A stretch of DNA of 64,000 nt from a virus (IMGVR_UViG_3300035696_000017:32001-96000), one strand, 5' to 3'; counted from the stretch's first letter, positions 47,060-57,889 are shown. Notes: a model not told the origin generated them from the letters alone. Made by a program: numbers and translations.

Positions 47060-48058
47060 TCACACCAGCTTGTTCAGGCGCTCGACGGCCAACGAGAGCA
47101 GCGAGTTGTCGATGGCGAGGTTGATTCGTGCTCGAGTCGAGTCACCGAAAGCGCTCCCGGGCGGGATGCGAACCTGGGCAAGTTCCGGGTTGAACTTGGG
47201 TCCGGGCTTGAACCAACCGAAGATGCCGTGCTCCGGCATGTCGCTGGTGTCCAGCACCTCGGGTGACAGCGTCTGCACCAATCGCTTGTTCTTGTTGAGC
47301 AACTCCCGTGCCATGATGTGGAAGGTGTCAGCCTCACTGGGATGGAGCCGTTCGTGCTCGACGATGTTGTAGAGGATCTGTTGTGACAGCAGAGAGACTC
47401 CCACCGTAGATGCTTCAACGTAGTCGCTCGCCAGCTTTGCGATGCGTTCGTCATCGGTGACAACCCAACCCACCCGGAGCCCGCTGAGCCCGTACATCTT
47501 GCTGGCGCTGTAGACGGTGGTTCCCGCTAGGGACCTGTCATCGTCAACGTAGACCGGCGTGTGGTATGCAGCATCGTGGACCAGGAACGTCTTGAGCTTG
47601 TCACACTTCTTCTGGAGTTCGTGAGCTTCGTCGACCGACGTGATGTGACCGTCCGGGTTGTTGGGGGAGACGACCAAGTACGATGTTCCCCACGTTGGTT
47701 CGTTGCTCAGGTGTAGGCCCAGCCCGCCCAAGCGGATCGCTTCGGGCATTTGTGACCAATAGGGCGACCGCATCGCCAGGTGGGTCTGGCCCAGCTTCCG
47801 CAACGCGTAGAAGACCGCTAGCAGCCCCTGCTTTGCCCCAGAAGTGATCACTACGTGGTCGCCGTACCGTTCTTCCAACGCTTGAACGAGGGGCATGTAG
47901 CCCTCAGGCGCCTGGTAGTCACAACCATCGGCGACACCCTCGAGGTTGAACAACGAGGGACCGTAGGCAACCTGCATCGCATGGCGGACCACGTGAGCCT
48001 CGCCGACTGCGAGGTCGATCCAACCGGGAGGGAGGTGCTTCCTGACGAGCGGGTCCAC
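47060..48058 (-). CDS. PLP-dependent aminotransferase class I/II
   Basis: ITSGAKQGL, SPNNPDG, HDAAY, SASKMYGLSGLRVGW. Confidence 0.92.
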   Translation of the reverse strand: MDPLVRKHLPPGWIDLAVGEAHVVRHAMQVAYGPSLFNLEGVADGCDYQAPEGYMPLVQALEERYGDHVVITSGAKQGLLAVFYALRKLGQTHLAMRSPYWSQMPEAIRLGGLGLHLSNEPTWGTSYLVVSPNNPDGHITSVDEAHELQKKCDKLKTFLVHDAAYHTPVYVDDDRSLAGTTVYSASKMYGLSGLRVGWVVTDDERIAKLASDYVEASTVGVSLLSQQILYNIVEHERLHPSEADTFHIMARELLNKNKRLVQTLSPEVLDTSDMPEHGIFGWFKPGPKFNPELAQVRIPPGSAFGDSTRARINLAIDNSLLSLAVERLNKLV

Positions 48059-48067
48059 AGATCAGAT

Positions 48068-49378
48068 CTACTCTGCTGTGCCCTCTTCGAACAAGCGAAC
48101 GTACCGCAGTGCGACCTTGGCCCAGGTGTTGTCGTTGAGGTAGGCAAGCTGCTTGTCGACCTGCGCTTTCCTCGCGACTGGGTTCGAGAACATCTGGTCG
48201 AGCGCGTCGGCGATCTCTTCGACATTGTCACCCTTCAACGTCGGTACGTCGCTGAAGTGGTTGACGTTGGTGGTGATGACGGGTGCCATCTTGGACATCG
48301 CCAGACGGGCAGCACCTGACACTCCAAAGACTTCGTGTGATGGGTGTGACACATACGGGAACAGGATGGCCTGGTTCGTCCGCATGTATGAATCCAACGC
48401 GACATCCGACTGGTAGCCTCGGATCAACGCCACGTTGGAGTGGAGGTCGAGGTCATCAACGAGCTGGCTCAGTTCGTCGAAGTAGACCTGGTGATCGACG
48501 CGGTTGTAGGGCGATTCGCTGAAGAGCCCGGTGAAGAACACGTCGGGGTACTTCTTGCGTAGCAGGTCAGCGGCACGGATCGCCAGCTCCCAGCCCTTGT
48601 AGCGGAAGCCGAAGCCAAACTGCATGAAAGTGTGATCGCTCTTGTAGAAGTTCCACAGCCTGTTGGTGCTCTCGACCGGAGCGCAGCCGTGCGGGATGAC
48701 CCAGACCTTGCCGGGCACTCCCTTCTCTTCCTTGAGGACCTGCCTCGCTCCCTCCAGGTGGACGACGATCTCCGGCATTGCCGCCTCAACGATCGTCTTG
48801 TCCTTGTGGTGGAAGACCGAGTGCATCGTCACGATGACGCGGTAGTTGCTGAGCTGGCCCATCAGCCCGAGCCAGTAACCGGCGTTGGGCCAGATGCCGA
48901 ACTCGTGTTGGATCCACACGATGTCTGGATCATACTCGCGGATCGCCTTTCCCAGCTCGGCCAGGGGTTCTCCACGACGCCAGCAGGCGATGACGCGGTC
49001 AGGCGGGATGGCTGTCTCACCGATGACGTTGCTGGGGCCCGTCGGAGCGTCGTTCTTCTCGATGAAGAGCCGGAAGTCCCCGACGTGCTTGGCAACCTCA
49101 GGCCACAGGTTCTCGCTGTAGGTAGCGATGCCACACTGCATCTTCCAGTTGCCGACGAAGGCCACTTTCAGGCTCTTGGCGGGACCCTTCCTCACACGGG
49201 TACGTGGTCGAAGCTTGCCGCCGTTGACCCGGAAGTTCAGCATCAGCTCCTGTGGCGTCAGGTGCTGGTGTTCTTCTGGGACCTCAACGATGACTCTGTC
49301 AGCATCCTCATGAAGGATGGGCGAGCTGGAGACGAGGTGGATCGTTCCGCGCTTGGCGATGACGTACTTGCTCTTCAC
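48068..49378 (-). CDS. glycosyltransferase family 4 (GT-B)
   Basis: CGIATYS, IQHEFG, VTMH, VIPHG, FGFGFRYKG, FPY..SGA. Confidence 0.88.
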   Translation of the reverse strand: MKSKYVIAKRGTIHLVSSSPILHEDADRVIVEVPEEHQHLTPQELMLNFRVNGGKLRPRTRVRKGPAKSLKVAFVGNWKMQCGIATYSENLWPEVAKHVGDFRLFIEKNDAPTGPSNVIGETAIPPDRVIACWRRGEPLAELGKAIREYDPDIVWIQHEFGIWPNAGYWLGLMGQLSNYRVIVTMHSVFHHKDKTIVEAAMPEIVVHLEGARQVLKEEKGVPGKVWVIPHGCAPVESTNRLWNFYKSDHTFMQFGFGFRYKGWELAIRAADLLRKKYPDVFFTGLFSESPYNRVDHQVYFDELSQLVDDLDLHSNVALIRGYQSDVALDSYMRTNQAILFPYVSHPSHEVFGVSGAARLAMSKMAPVITTNVNHFSDVPTLKGDNVEEIADALDQMFSNPVARKAQVDKQLAYLNDNTWAKVALRYVRLFEEGTAE

Positions 49379-50337
49379 TCCCGTTCCTTAATCACCGCCG
49401 CAATGCGGCCGATGACGTCATCGTACACTGCCCGGGGCGGGTGATAAGGATCGATCCGCATCGCCAACGCTTGCTCGACGCAGTCCCACACCGGGTCCTT
49501 CTGAACGCTGTAGTATGAAGTATCGGGCCCGCGATGCGGGTGTGAGAGTTTGAGCTTGTTGTGGTGGCTGATGCTAACGTATGGGACGCCGGCCATCTCA
49601 GCAAGGATGATGCCGTGGTAACGTTGCGTGATGACAACCCGGTAGTGCCTCATCAACCTCGTTGCCCACAACGGGTCCTTGCTGCAGGTGTAGACGTGGT
49701 AGTTGTCCCGTCGTGACATCCGGCCCATCAGCTCAGCAGCACACCAGGCATCGTCCTTGTGCGGGTTCTTGCACATCGACAGGAACGCGAGGGGGTGCTT
49801 GCGCTCGACCGCACGGTCCAGGACTTGAGCAAACTCGTTCTTGAAGTGTTCCCATCCCGCATGCTTCCAGTGCGGGTCAACATGGGTCGGCAACACCTCA
49901 CAGTTCGGGATGACCAGGACACCCTTGGGCTCATGGGCGGGGAGACCGTAGTGCTGGTCGAGGGCCAGCGCATCGAACCAGTATGCCAGGTCAGGAGTGT
50001 CGAGCTCCCGGAAGGCAACGACGGGAGATGCGTTGATCAGACGTTGGTGGATCGGGCTGATCTCTGTCTCTCCCCCCACCCCGACGTAGAAGACAGGCAC
50101 ACGTAGAGCCGCCAACGTCTCAACCGCGGTGTGACTGACGTCGGGATCGTCGGTCAGGATGCTGCCGCCGCCGAAGACAACGCCCGCTGCACCTTCAAGG
50201 ACGCCATCGTCGATCTTGTCGACGAACTTGGGTTCCAAGCCGTGAGCGACCAGCATCTCGCTGAGCGCCAGCTTCATCAGCTCGTCGCCAGCGTTCCCGC
50301 GCCCGTACCAGCCGTAGACGAGGACGGGACCAGCCAT
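49375..50337 (-). CDS. polysaccharide pyruvyl transferase family protein
   Basis: GWYGRGNAGDE, FGGGS, PDLA, RYHGIILA..GVP. Confidence 0.85.
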   Translation of the reverse strand: MAGPVLVYGWYGRGNAGDELMKLALSEMLVAHGLEPKFVDKIDDGVLEGAAGVVFGGGSILTDDPDVSHTAVETLAALRVPVFYVGVGGETEISPIHQRLINASPVVAFRELDTPDLAYWFDALALDQHYGLPAHEPKGVLVIPNCEVLPTHVDPHWKHAGWEHFKNEFAQVLDRAVERKHPLAFLSMCKNPHKDDAWCAAELMGRMSRRDNYHVYTCSKDPLWATRLMRHYRVVITQRYHGIILAEMAGVPYVSISHHNKLKLSHPHRGPDTSYYSVQKDPVWDCVEQALAMRIDPYHPPRAVYDDVIGRIAAVIKERE

Positions 50338-50341
50338 GAGC

Positions 50342-50689
50342 TCAATCCACTTCGAAGATCTTCCAGATGATGGTGCGTGCCGTGTTGACGCGCCAGGTGA
50401 TCCTGAGAAACAGCTGGCGACGAAGCTCTACAGCTTCCCACTTCAGCTCATCGGGAGCCGCGCCAGCACAGGGCGGGGGCGGGGGCTCCGTGGGGTCGAA
50501 CTCGACCAGCACTGCGTCTTCAGAACCGATCAGCAAAGCGCGTGAACGCTTCAGCGGCTCGTCAAGGGTGACGTGGCCTTTGCCGGTGACCAGCATCGAA
50601 CCTTCATTGACCACCTTGAGAGTGGGCTTTGGGTAGTGGACGTTGATGGGAGGCGGCGGGGGATTGGGCCTGCGGGGTCCTCGGGGCAT
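50342..50689 (-). CDS. hypothetical protein, paralog of 50691-51044
   Basis: FDP..PPPCAG..PDE..WE..WRV..RTIIW. Confidence 0.7.
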   Translation of the reverse strand: MPRGPRRPNPPPPPINVHYPKPTLKVVNEGSMLVTGKGHVTLDEPLKRSRALLIGSEDAVLVEFDPTEPPPPPCAGAAPDELKWEAVELRRQLFLRITWRVNTARTIIWKIFEVD

Positions 50690-50690
50690 T

Positions 50691-51044
50691 TCACAGCCTC
50701 ACATTCGCGGGCCCATCTGACGGCTCCTCTTGGAGGATCTGCCAGATGATGGTCCGTGATGACTGGACCCGCCACAAGATCTTGAGCTTCAGGACATCAC
50801 GCTTGTTCTTCTTGAAGCCAAACATGCCCACATCGTGGACGTGTTGATAGAACAGCTCCCAGTCAACCTCATCAGGCAGGCCACCCGCGCAAGGAGGCGG
50901 AGCGGGCTGTGAGGGGTCGAACTGGACGACGATGTAGGCTTCTGGGTTCTCCAGGAGAGCCTTGTTCTGGGGAAGAGTCTCGTCAATGACGACTTCATCC
51001 TCCCCAGTGACCTGGAGGGTGCCTGATGCATAGACGCTTGTCAT
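50691..51044 (-). CDS. hypothetical protein, paralog of 50342-50689
   Basis: Same motif string. Confidence 0.7.
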   Translation of the reverse strand: MTSVYASGTLQVTGEDEVVIDETLPQNKALLENPEAYIVVQFDPSQPAPPPCAGGLPDEVDWELFYQHVHDVGMFGFKKNKRDVLKLKILWRVQSSRTIIWQILQEEPSDGPANVRL

Positions 51045-51134
51045 GTTCTTCTTCCCTGAGGTCCCGAGCGTAGAGCACGGAAACCATGCTCGTTAACTAC
51101 CCTACTCGGGGAACGAAGAACAGTTACAACGGCG

Positions 51135-51512
51135 TTACGGACGGTGGGTCTTGCGTTTCTGGGTGAAGCCCGGGACCCTGATCTTGTCCAGCCGCGCCGC
51201 CAGTGCCTCGACGTAGCTGACGATCGTTGCGACGTGGATCCGCTGGTCGGGGGTCAGCTCGTCGTTGGGAGCCCCGAGAGCCTTCGATGCTTCGTCGATG
51301 AAGATGGTCAGACCCACCTTGGCATCGCCCAACCGTTCCAGCGGTGTCACCGGCTGTTCATCAGCACCCATGAAGAACTGGGTGGTGTACGTGCCAGTGT
51401 CCATCTCCTTCGAAGCGGGCACGCTGATGCCGGGCCGGTTGCCCGGGACGGGCATGCTCAGGAGGTCGTCAACTGCCTTGAAACTGTCGTCGAGGCCTGT
51501 GTCAGTGTCCAT
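51135..51512 (-). CDS. hypothetical protein, leaderless
   Basis: GTGCAA-N18-TACACT-N6-ATG. Confidence 0.65.
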   Translation of the reverse strand: MDTDTGLDDSFKAVDDLLSMPVPGNRPGISVPASKEMDTGTYTTQFFMGADEQPVTPLERLGDAKVGLTIFIDEASKALGAPNDELTPDQRIHVATIVSYVEALAARLDKIRVPGFTQKRKTHRP

Positions 51513-51928
51513 GGTCCCAGTGTACCACGGGCGGTTGAACACTTGCACCAGGTCAATTGATGATTTCGCCCATGAGCTCTTCGAGCTCGATGGTGATGTC
51601 TTGGAACTCGACCATGCAGTTGAAGATGTCACGGCAGCACAGCAGCTCGTATGTGATGTCGTTTTGCTTCCGTGCGAACAACATATCGTCGATGTGGTCC
51701 AACACTTCGACCATCCGCTCAGGGGGCAGCGCTCTCGGGTTGAAATGCGACAGCATGTCATCGATGAGGCGCCGAGCTGCTGTCACCCTGACTTCGGGCG
51801 AGACGAATGCACGGTTGCGAGCAACGGTCGTGATGTCATCAACACCGTCTCCATCGTCGATGTAGTGGACAACCAGCAGGTAGACCGTCGCCATGGTGTG
51901 TGCATCCTACCCCACGTGTGGGGGCTGT

Positions 51929-52672
51929 TCAGCGTGTCAGCTCTTCCCATCGGGCTTCAAGGAATCGCGCGTACGGCAGGCCCGCGAGCCCGTACGACCC
52001 GAGCGCGTAGCCCTCGTTGGCCTCGACCAGCAACGTCTGGTGGGTGCCATCTTCGTTCTCGACGACGCCCAAGTCGATCGAGTATGCCGCGGGCATCTTG
52101 CCCTTGCAACACTTGATCGCCTTGTTATAGACCGACTTGTCGAGCGAGATGAAGCTGTCGCCCCGGTAGTGTTTGACCCCGATGGGCTGGTCGTGCTTGA
52201 TGAAGCACCTGTACTCGCTGACGAAGTTGACCTCGTCGCTGATGATGCAGGGAGTGTCGTCCGGGTAGGGGGCGACGGCCAGGCGTGACCGCGGGTCGAG
52301 TGGGTCAAAGACGAAGCCACCGAACAGCTTCTGCTTCACCGGCTTGACGAACTTGCGGGTGATGAGACCCCTGACCTGCTCGAGCGTGACGTAGTCGAAC
52401 TGCCGGCCCATCAGCCACATCAGGTGCTCGGGGTAGTCGAGCGGGGGTGGGATGGGTTTGCCGAGCAACGTCAACGTCTCCCAGACGTCGCCGATGTTGC
52501 CGCAGACGATCGTCGATGGCCCAAGGTCGGGCATGTTCTGGAGCGTGAGGTCGCCGAAGCCGTAGAAGGGCACCACCGGGATGCCCTGGATGTGGAAGCC
52601 CTCGGCTGCAGCGTAGGTGTTGGCGTTGTCCGGGATGTTCTCTCGGAACCTGACGTATGCCTTGTCCAACAT
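51929..52672 (-). CDS. ATP-grasp domain protein (DUF4343/R2K-like)
   Basis: DYPEHL, FVKP..KLF.G, SEYRCFI, YSIDLGV, LVEANEGYALGSYG. Confidence 0.85.
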   Translation of the reverse strand: MLDKAYVRFRENIPDNANTYAAAEGFHIQGIPVVPFYGFGDLTLQNMPDLGPSTIVCGNIGDVWETLTLLGKPIPPPLDYPEHLMWLMGRQFDYVTLEQVRGLITRKFVKPVKQKLFGGFVFDPLDPRSRLAVAPYPDDTPCIISDEVNFVSEYRCFIKHDQPIGVKHYRGDSFISLDKSVYNKAIKCCKGKMPAAYSIDLGVVENEDGTHQTLLVEANEGYALGSYGLAGLPYARFLEARWEELTR

Positions 52673-52969
52673 CAGTCGAACTCCCTCAACAACAGCTTCA
52701 GCCCATCAACTGCAGTGTCGATGCGTTCCTGGTGCTCCTGGACGTGCTGCTCCAGGCACCGGGTCAGGTGTGTCTCCATCTCCCGGTACAGGCGCTCGGG
52801 GTCGTTGCCAACGAGCACCGGCTCCTCGTGGGCGTAGTGACGCCCGAACTCCCAGCACGCCAGAGCGTACTGGGCGCCGTAGTGGTTGTCCTCGGGCAGC
52901 GGCCAGAAGTGGACCTGCGGCTCGATGCCGAGGACCCGGTGCAGGCGCACCAGGCGGTCATGGAGGACC

Positions 52970-53914
52970 TCACAGATCGGGCTCAGCTTCGGGACGGGCA
53001 TCTGAAAACTCCTCGACCAACATCAGGCCGTGTTCGACGTAGTACTCCACCGGCTTGCCGACGTCCAGGACGCCCGCACGCATCATCGCCTCGAGCTCGT
53101 CACGCACCGCGTTGCACCACTTGCCTGGCCGGGTGGCGACCTTCGACATGATGATGCCCATGGTGCCCTTCGGCAGCTTGGGCGCGTTGTCCTCCTCGTA
53201 GACCAGCTTGACGCGGGCCTCAAGCTCTGCAGCACGGGCCAGGGCACGTGCACGCTTGTCCGGACGCTTCGTGGTGAGGTCGGCGCGGGACAGTGCCATC
53301 AGGCGCTCGAAGTTGCGCAGGTCCCCAATGTCGACCAGCAGACGCCGGACCCCCGAGTCACCCCAGGACTTCTTGTACGCAGCGGGCCGTAGGTGGTTCA
53401 GCACCAGCGCGCGGACCGTCGTGAACAGGCTGTGGTCGGTCTTGAACAGGTCCAGCCGGTGCTCGATGGTGTCCAGCATCCGGGCCCCCACCACATCGTG
53501 CTGGTGGAAGGTGACGATGCCATTGATGAACTTCCGGGTCCGCGCCTTGCCGATGTCGTGCATCAGCGCGCCCCAACGCAGCTCCAGCTGCGTGGGAACA
53601 CCCGCGACGACCTGCTTGGTGTGATCCCAGACGTCCTTGTGGAGAGCCGCACGCGGGTCCTCGCCCAAGCCACGCATCTCGCGGATCTCGGGCAGCAACG
53701 CCTCGAGGCAGCCCGTCCTCATCAGGAGCTCGAGCCCGTCAGCCGGGTGGGACCCACACAGGATCGCGTCGAGCAGAGCCCTGACCTGCGCCGGGTTGCG
53801 ACGCCACAGGTCCTCGAACTCTCCCGCGGTGAAGATGCGGGGGACGACAAGGTCGTCAGGGGCCCCTTGTTCGGAACCCCTGACGCACAGTTGAAGCAGC
53901 TCGATCGGGTCCAT
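52970..53914 (-). CDS. HD-domain protein resembling the C-terminal half of CCA-adding enzyme/poly(A) polymerase
   Basis: GLELL..G.L..LLPE, HKDVWDHT, ALMHDIGK, FHQHDVVGA, NHLR, ADLTTK; no N-terminal NTase domain. Confidence 0.85.
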   Translation of the reverse strand: MDPIELLQLCVRGSEQGAPDDLVVPRIFTAGEFEDLWRRNPAQVRALLDAILCGSHPADGLELLMRTGCLEALLPEIREMRGLGEDPRAALHKDVWDHTKQVVAGVPTQLELRWGALMHDIGKARTRKFINGIVTFHQHDVVGARMLDTIEHRLDLFKTDHSLFTTVRALVLNHLRPAAYKKSWGDSGVRRLLVDIGDLRNFERLMALSRADLTTKRPDKRARALARAAELEARVKLVYEEDNAPKLPKGTMGIIMSKVATRPGKWCNAVRDELEAMMRAGVLDVGKPVEYYVEHGLMLVEEFSDARPEAEPDL

Positions 53915-53953
53915 TCGGACCCTATCGTACCACAATCACCTGTGGCTTTTCAC

Positions 53954-54403
53954 TCACGAGGCTGCAACGAAAACCCAGATTTGTGCAGTGGGATTGTTGA
54001 TGGGAAAAGCGTACATACCCTGGACTGCTTGACTCGGGTAGTCTCCATCGACATCAATCGGACAGGTGTACAAGAAGCGACCAACCAACGGTGTAACGGG
54101 AGGACTTCCACCCGAACCCGACAATTGACCCGCAACCACCAGCTGACCATTCTGCGACGGAGTCCCGCCTCCGGGCTTGGGGCTGCTAGCGACGACGATG
54201 GCTTGATCGTAGACCTCCATGTAGACGGCGGTGACTTGATCACCAGTACCTCCGTCTAGTGGGATCGATGACAAGCCAGAATCAGGTGTTACTTCATAAG
54301 TGAAGACCGATGTGTAGTAGACGTTGTCCAGAAAATTCACCACGTTCAGCGGCGCACCTGACGGTTGCCAGGACAGACTTCCACTCAATGCAACTTGATC
54401 CAT
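53954..54403 (-). CDS. hypothetical beta-rich protein
   Basis: 149-aa ORF in a lower-GC segment. Confidence 0.55.
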   Translation of the reverse strand: MDQVALSGSLSWQPSGAPLNVVNFLDNVYYTSVFTYEVTPDSGLSSIPLDGGTGDQVTAVYMEVYDQAIVVASSPKPGGGTPSQNGQLVVAGQLSGSGGSPPVTPLVGRFLYTCPIDVDGDYPSQAVQGMYAFPINNPTAQIWVFVAAS

Positions 54404-54541
54404 TCATACCTCATTGCGTACACCACCCTCGTAACGAGAGACCAATCAGAAGTGATGGTCGCTCGAACGTTAGATGGCAGCCATGGATAGTATACCATCA
54501 GGCGCACAAGGACCGGCGTGGAGTATAGTTTATGCACCAGC

Positions 54542-55336
54542 ATGATCACCGTGCACATCCCATGTGACGTCAACACGAGACCGTACGCCGAGTACGCAAT
54601 CAACGCCATGCGAAACCTTGCGCGTGACCCGACACAACTACGATTCGAACACCACTCCATCACTCACAAGCACGCTGGCGTCGCCGGGCCCAGCACCGAT
54701 CACAGCATCGCGGTGCGGGAAGCTCTCAGGTCGATCGAAAACACGCCCTGTGACACCCACATCATCTGTGACAGCGACACCGTCGTCGTCCAGCCCGGAT
54801 GGGACATTACCACCAAGCGACTCCTGGAGGAGTTTGACTGCGTCGGTGGTGCATATAAGCCCTTCAACCAGAACACGTGGATCAATGCCTGGCAAGGCAA
54901 ACCCAGTGTAACATGGCTGGCATTGAGGCCTGGTAAACCCTGGCATCGTTTTGAGCCGATGCCCCCATTCAAGGAAACTCCGTACGTCAATGACGATGCA
55001 GATTCGGAGCTCTGGGGGCTGCCCGTCGGACAGTCGGTTCACTGTGATGTCTGTTGGAACTTCCCGATCTTCCTACATAACAACCATCTGACGTCGCTAG
55101 CGTTCCAGAACACCGGGACGACGGGTGATGAGTGGGTGTTGCCTGATGGCTCGCCGTTCGTCGTTCACCAGGGCAGGTCGTTGAGCATGTCGTTCCGTGG
55201 GACGGAACACTCTCGAACATTTTACGATCGCTGTGACCAGCTACTTGGTCGGGCGATGGTACAGCTGGCGTTCTGCGATAGCGAACAGCTTGCCGTCGCG
55301 CTTGAAGACCCAGACCTGGTCGCGGGTCGGACCTGA
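54542..55336 (+). CDS. GT-A-like glycosyltransferase, paralog of 38794-40152
   Basis: STDHS, HIICDSDTVVVQPGWD, PFVVHQ. Confidence 0.65.
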   Translation: MITVHIPCDVNTRPYAEYAINAMRNLARDPTQLRFEHHSITHKHAGVAGPSTDHSIAVREALRSIENTPCDTHIICDSDTVVVQPGWDITTKRLLEEFDCVGGAYKPFNQNTWINAWQGKPSVTWLALRPGKPWHRFEPMPPFKETPYVNDDADSELWGLPVGQSVHCDVCWNFPIFLHNNHLTSLAFQNTGTTGDEWVLPDGSPFVVHQGRSLSMSFRGTEHSRTFYDRCDQLLGRAMVQLAFCDSEQLAVALEDPDLVAGRT

Positions 55337-55528
55337 CGGCTTCTTGACGAGCTCAGCGTCCGAGAAGTAGGTGACCTGGGGCAGCGTGGTGTAACGCCAG
55401 GCCCGGGCAGGTTCGCCTTCGAACTTGAAGAGGACCTCACTCCCGCCGCGGACGACCCACTCGCCCTCGCCTGACATCCAGGCCTCACGGATGAACTGTC
55501 GGACTTGCTCGACGGTCAGCTGGCTCAC
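55241..55528 (-). CDS. hypothetical protein with VRQFIRE N-terminal motif
   Basis: GTG start preceded by ATAGTTA. Confidence 0.55.
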   Translation of the reverse strand: MSQLTVEQVRQFIREAWMSGEGEWVVRGGSEVLFKFEGEPARAWRYTTLPQVTYFSDAELVKKPSGPTRDQVWVFKRDGKLFAIAERQLYHRPTK

Positions 55529-56003
55529 GCTCAATAACTATCGGGCCCGTACGCCCACTTGGGGAACTCTTGCCGGCAGCACGCGGGCAGGCGCCACATG
55601 TCGCTCAGCATCGGGTAGGTGTCGAGGAGGTGCTCAGTGCCCCCAGCGCCTGACCCGCAGGCACTTCGGACACATCCGCAGCTGTCGTCCCTGGCGCAGC
55701 CAGCGAACCCACATCAGCCACAGCGTCCGGAACCACGAGCGCTTCCTCACGCCGGTAACTGGCGCACTGGGTGTTACGGTGTCGAAACATCGTCGAAATT
55801 TCTCGATTCCTTCTCGAAGGGCGACGTCCAGGGCATCCAGATCCTGACGGTGACGATGATCAGCAAGCCACCGATCCACATCTGTGGGAACTCGACCCGG
55901 TATCCCAGTTGGTCGGCCAAGATGAACTTCATGCTGAGGGCCGCGCCCGTCAGCACCCCCAGGCGCACCAACCAGACAACCATGTTGCCAATTGCCCATC
56001 GGA

Positions 56004-56408
56004 TCACAGTGGGCCGCAGCCTTCCTGTTCTGGCAGACCAGCGCCGTCGGGGAAGAGGTGCTGCATCAGGTTGACGGTGTCGCGGAGGAGCTCGGTCTTG
56101 AAGTGGAGCAGGCCCGTCTCCTGGACGTAGTCGACTTCGACCTTGGGCCACTCGGGCGGGTGTGGGGGCGTCCAGATCACGCAGACCCGGCTCAGCAGGG
56201 CGTAGGCACGCCACCGGCGCTCGGGGTCCGGGTCGGTGTCGATGATGGTGTTGAGGACGTTGACCAGCCGCGCCGTCTGCGGCGGGAAGATGGGTACCTT
56301 CGGGTTCTTGGGCGGGCGTTCCTTCTTGCCACGCCAGTCGGTGTCGTACGTCTGGATGGCGATGCGCTTCTGCTCGCTCTTCGAGATAGCGACCTGCTTC
56401 GTCTTCAT
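56004..56408 (-). CDS. hypothetical protein
   Basis: Coupled to upstream ORF. Confidence 0.6.
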   Translation of the reverse strand: MKTKQVAISKSEQKRIAIQTYDTDWRGKKERPPKNPKVPIFPPQTARLVNVLNTIIDTDPDPERRWRAYALLSRVCVIWTPPHPPEWPKVEVDYVQETGLLHFKTELLRDTVNLMQHLFPDGAGLPEQEGCGPL

Positions 56409-56660
56409 AGGTCGTCCTTTCCTGTCGGGTCCTTGAGGACGTCGTGGACAAGCTCACGGGCCTGTTGCATGCGTTCGAGCTCGCTCTGCAGGTTTGCGAC
56501 GTGGTGGTCTGCAAGCAGCTCGCCCCAGTCCGTGTCCACGATGCGTTTGATGCAGGCAATGCCCTGATCGAGCCCGTCTTGTGCGGACTTCAGGTTGGTC
56601 GCCAGGCGTTGCTGCTTCGTGGCCATGGCACCATCGTACCACGGGGCGGTGTTGCTTGCA

Positions 56661-57218
56661 CTAGTAGCAGTATGACAACCCGTCGAGGTTGATTTGCCAC
56701 CATGCGGCAACTTGAGCGACGGTCGTCTTGTCGGGACAGACGAAGGTGTGTGGGTACCAACGTGGGTTCATCAAGGTGCCTGCGACGTGTTGTGCTCCGA
56801 AGGCGTGTCCCATCTCGTGTTGGAGGATGCCGCTGACATCTTGCTCATACCAGTTCTTCCGCATCGAGATCTCGAAGCCACCCAGGTGTGACGTCCACGC
56901 CAGGGGCCTGTGGTTGGAGGCATCATCCTCGGGAGCGTCAGCAGTCTCATGGACCCACAGAGTGCAGACATCGATCCAGGGCTTGCCGTGGTCAACGGCT
57001 TCAACGTGGCGCCACTGGTGCAGAGCGTGATCCCACTGGTTCACCGCGTCGTGGGCTCCGGGCAGCTGCGCGTCGGGTAGGTCGAGGCACACGTAGATGT
57101 GACCCTGTTCGTCTGCAGGAACTTCCAACGCGGGTTTGGACCATTGCGGGCCCACGCATGCCGGTGTCAGAGCACATGCCAGAACAGACGCGAGAACCAA
57201 CCCTGCGATCTTCTTCAT
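56661..57218 (-). CDS. matrixin-like (metzincin) metalloprotease lipoprotein
   Basis: HEMGHAFGAQH plus Met-turn TLMNP; signal peptide. Confidence 0.85.
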   Translation of the reverse strand: MKKIAGLVLASVLACALTPACVGPQWSKPALEVPADEQGHIYVCLDLPDAQLPGAHDAVNQWDHALHQWRHVEAVDHGKPWIDVCTLWVHETADAPEDDASNHRPLAWTSHLGGFEISMRKNWYEQDVSGILQHEMGHAFGAQHVAGTLMNPRWYPHTFVCPDKTTVAQVAAWWQINLDGLSYCY

Positions 57219-57253
57219 GGCCGACAGGGAGTACCTATCGGCCCGGACGCGGA

Positions 57254-57889
57254 CTACGAGTTGTGGCGACGAAACGTCAGGGAGACTCGGGTGCCCACAC
57301 GGGACGGCTCTTCGGGGATGCTGTGGTGGTAATGGGTGTCACAGTTCCCGTACATGACAAAGAGGTCCCCGCTGGCGAGCTGGACGCTGATCGGAGCGCC
57401 ACCCTTGACCCGCTTGTTGGTGGCGGGATCGGCAGGGTGCAGGAGGAAGGTGCGGGTGCAGCCGAAGGACAGGGCGGCGATGGTGGGTGTGTTGCCCAGC
57501 TGCGGGATGTAGTTGCCGTCCCGGTGCGGGTAGAGGCCCGACGTGGGTTCGTAGGAGTTGATGACGACGCAGTTGAAGGCGGTGCCCAACGCGAGATCGA
57601 CCCGCACCAGCGCCTGGCACAGGGCAGGGGTGAAGGGGAACATGGGCTTGGGCTTGCCCTTGTAGGTGTAGGTAACGCCCGGGGCGCCGAAGCGGGCCAT
57701 GGTGTGACCCTTGTCCACACGAGCGGGCCAGCCCTTGCTGTACGACAGCTGAGCCTTCCACCGGTCACACGTTTCGGTGACGATGGCAGCGCCGAGGGCA
57801 TCGGCGACAGCGGGGGTGAGGAAACCGGGCACGTGGAAAGCACACCCGGGGATGGTTTGGACGGCGTTGGGAGGGGTGGTGATGGGCAT
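57254..57889 (-). CDS. AlkB-family 2OG-Fe(II) dioxygenase
   Basis: FNCVVINSY, HRD, IAALSFG..R.F, L.SGDLFVM, HSIP, RVSLTFR. Confidence 0.92.
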   Translation of the reverse strand: MPITTPPNAVQTIPGCAFHVPGFLTPAVADALGAAIVTETCDRWKAQLSYSKGWPARVDKGHTMARFGAPGVTYTYKGKPKPMFPFTPALCQALVRVDLALGTAFNCVVINSYEPTSGLYPHRDGNYIPQLGNTPTIAALSFGCTRTFLLHPADPATNKRVKGGAPISVQLASGDLFVMYGNCDTHYHHSIPEEPSRVGTRVSLTFRRHNS

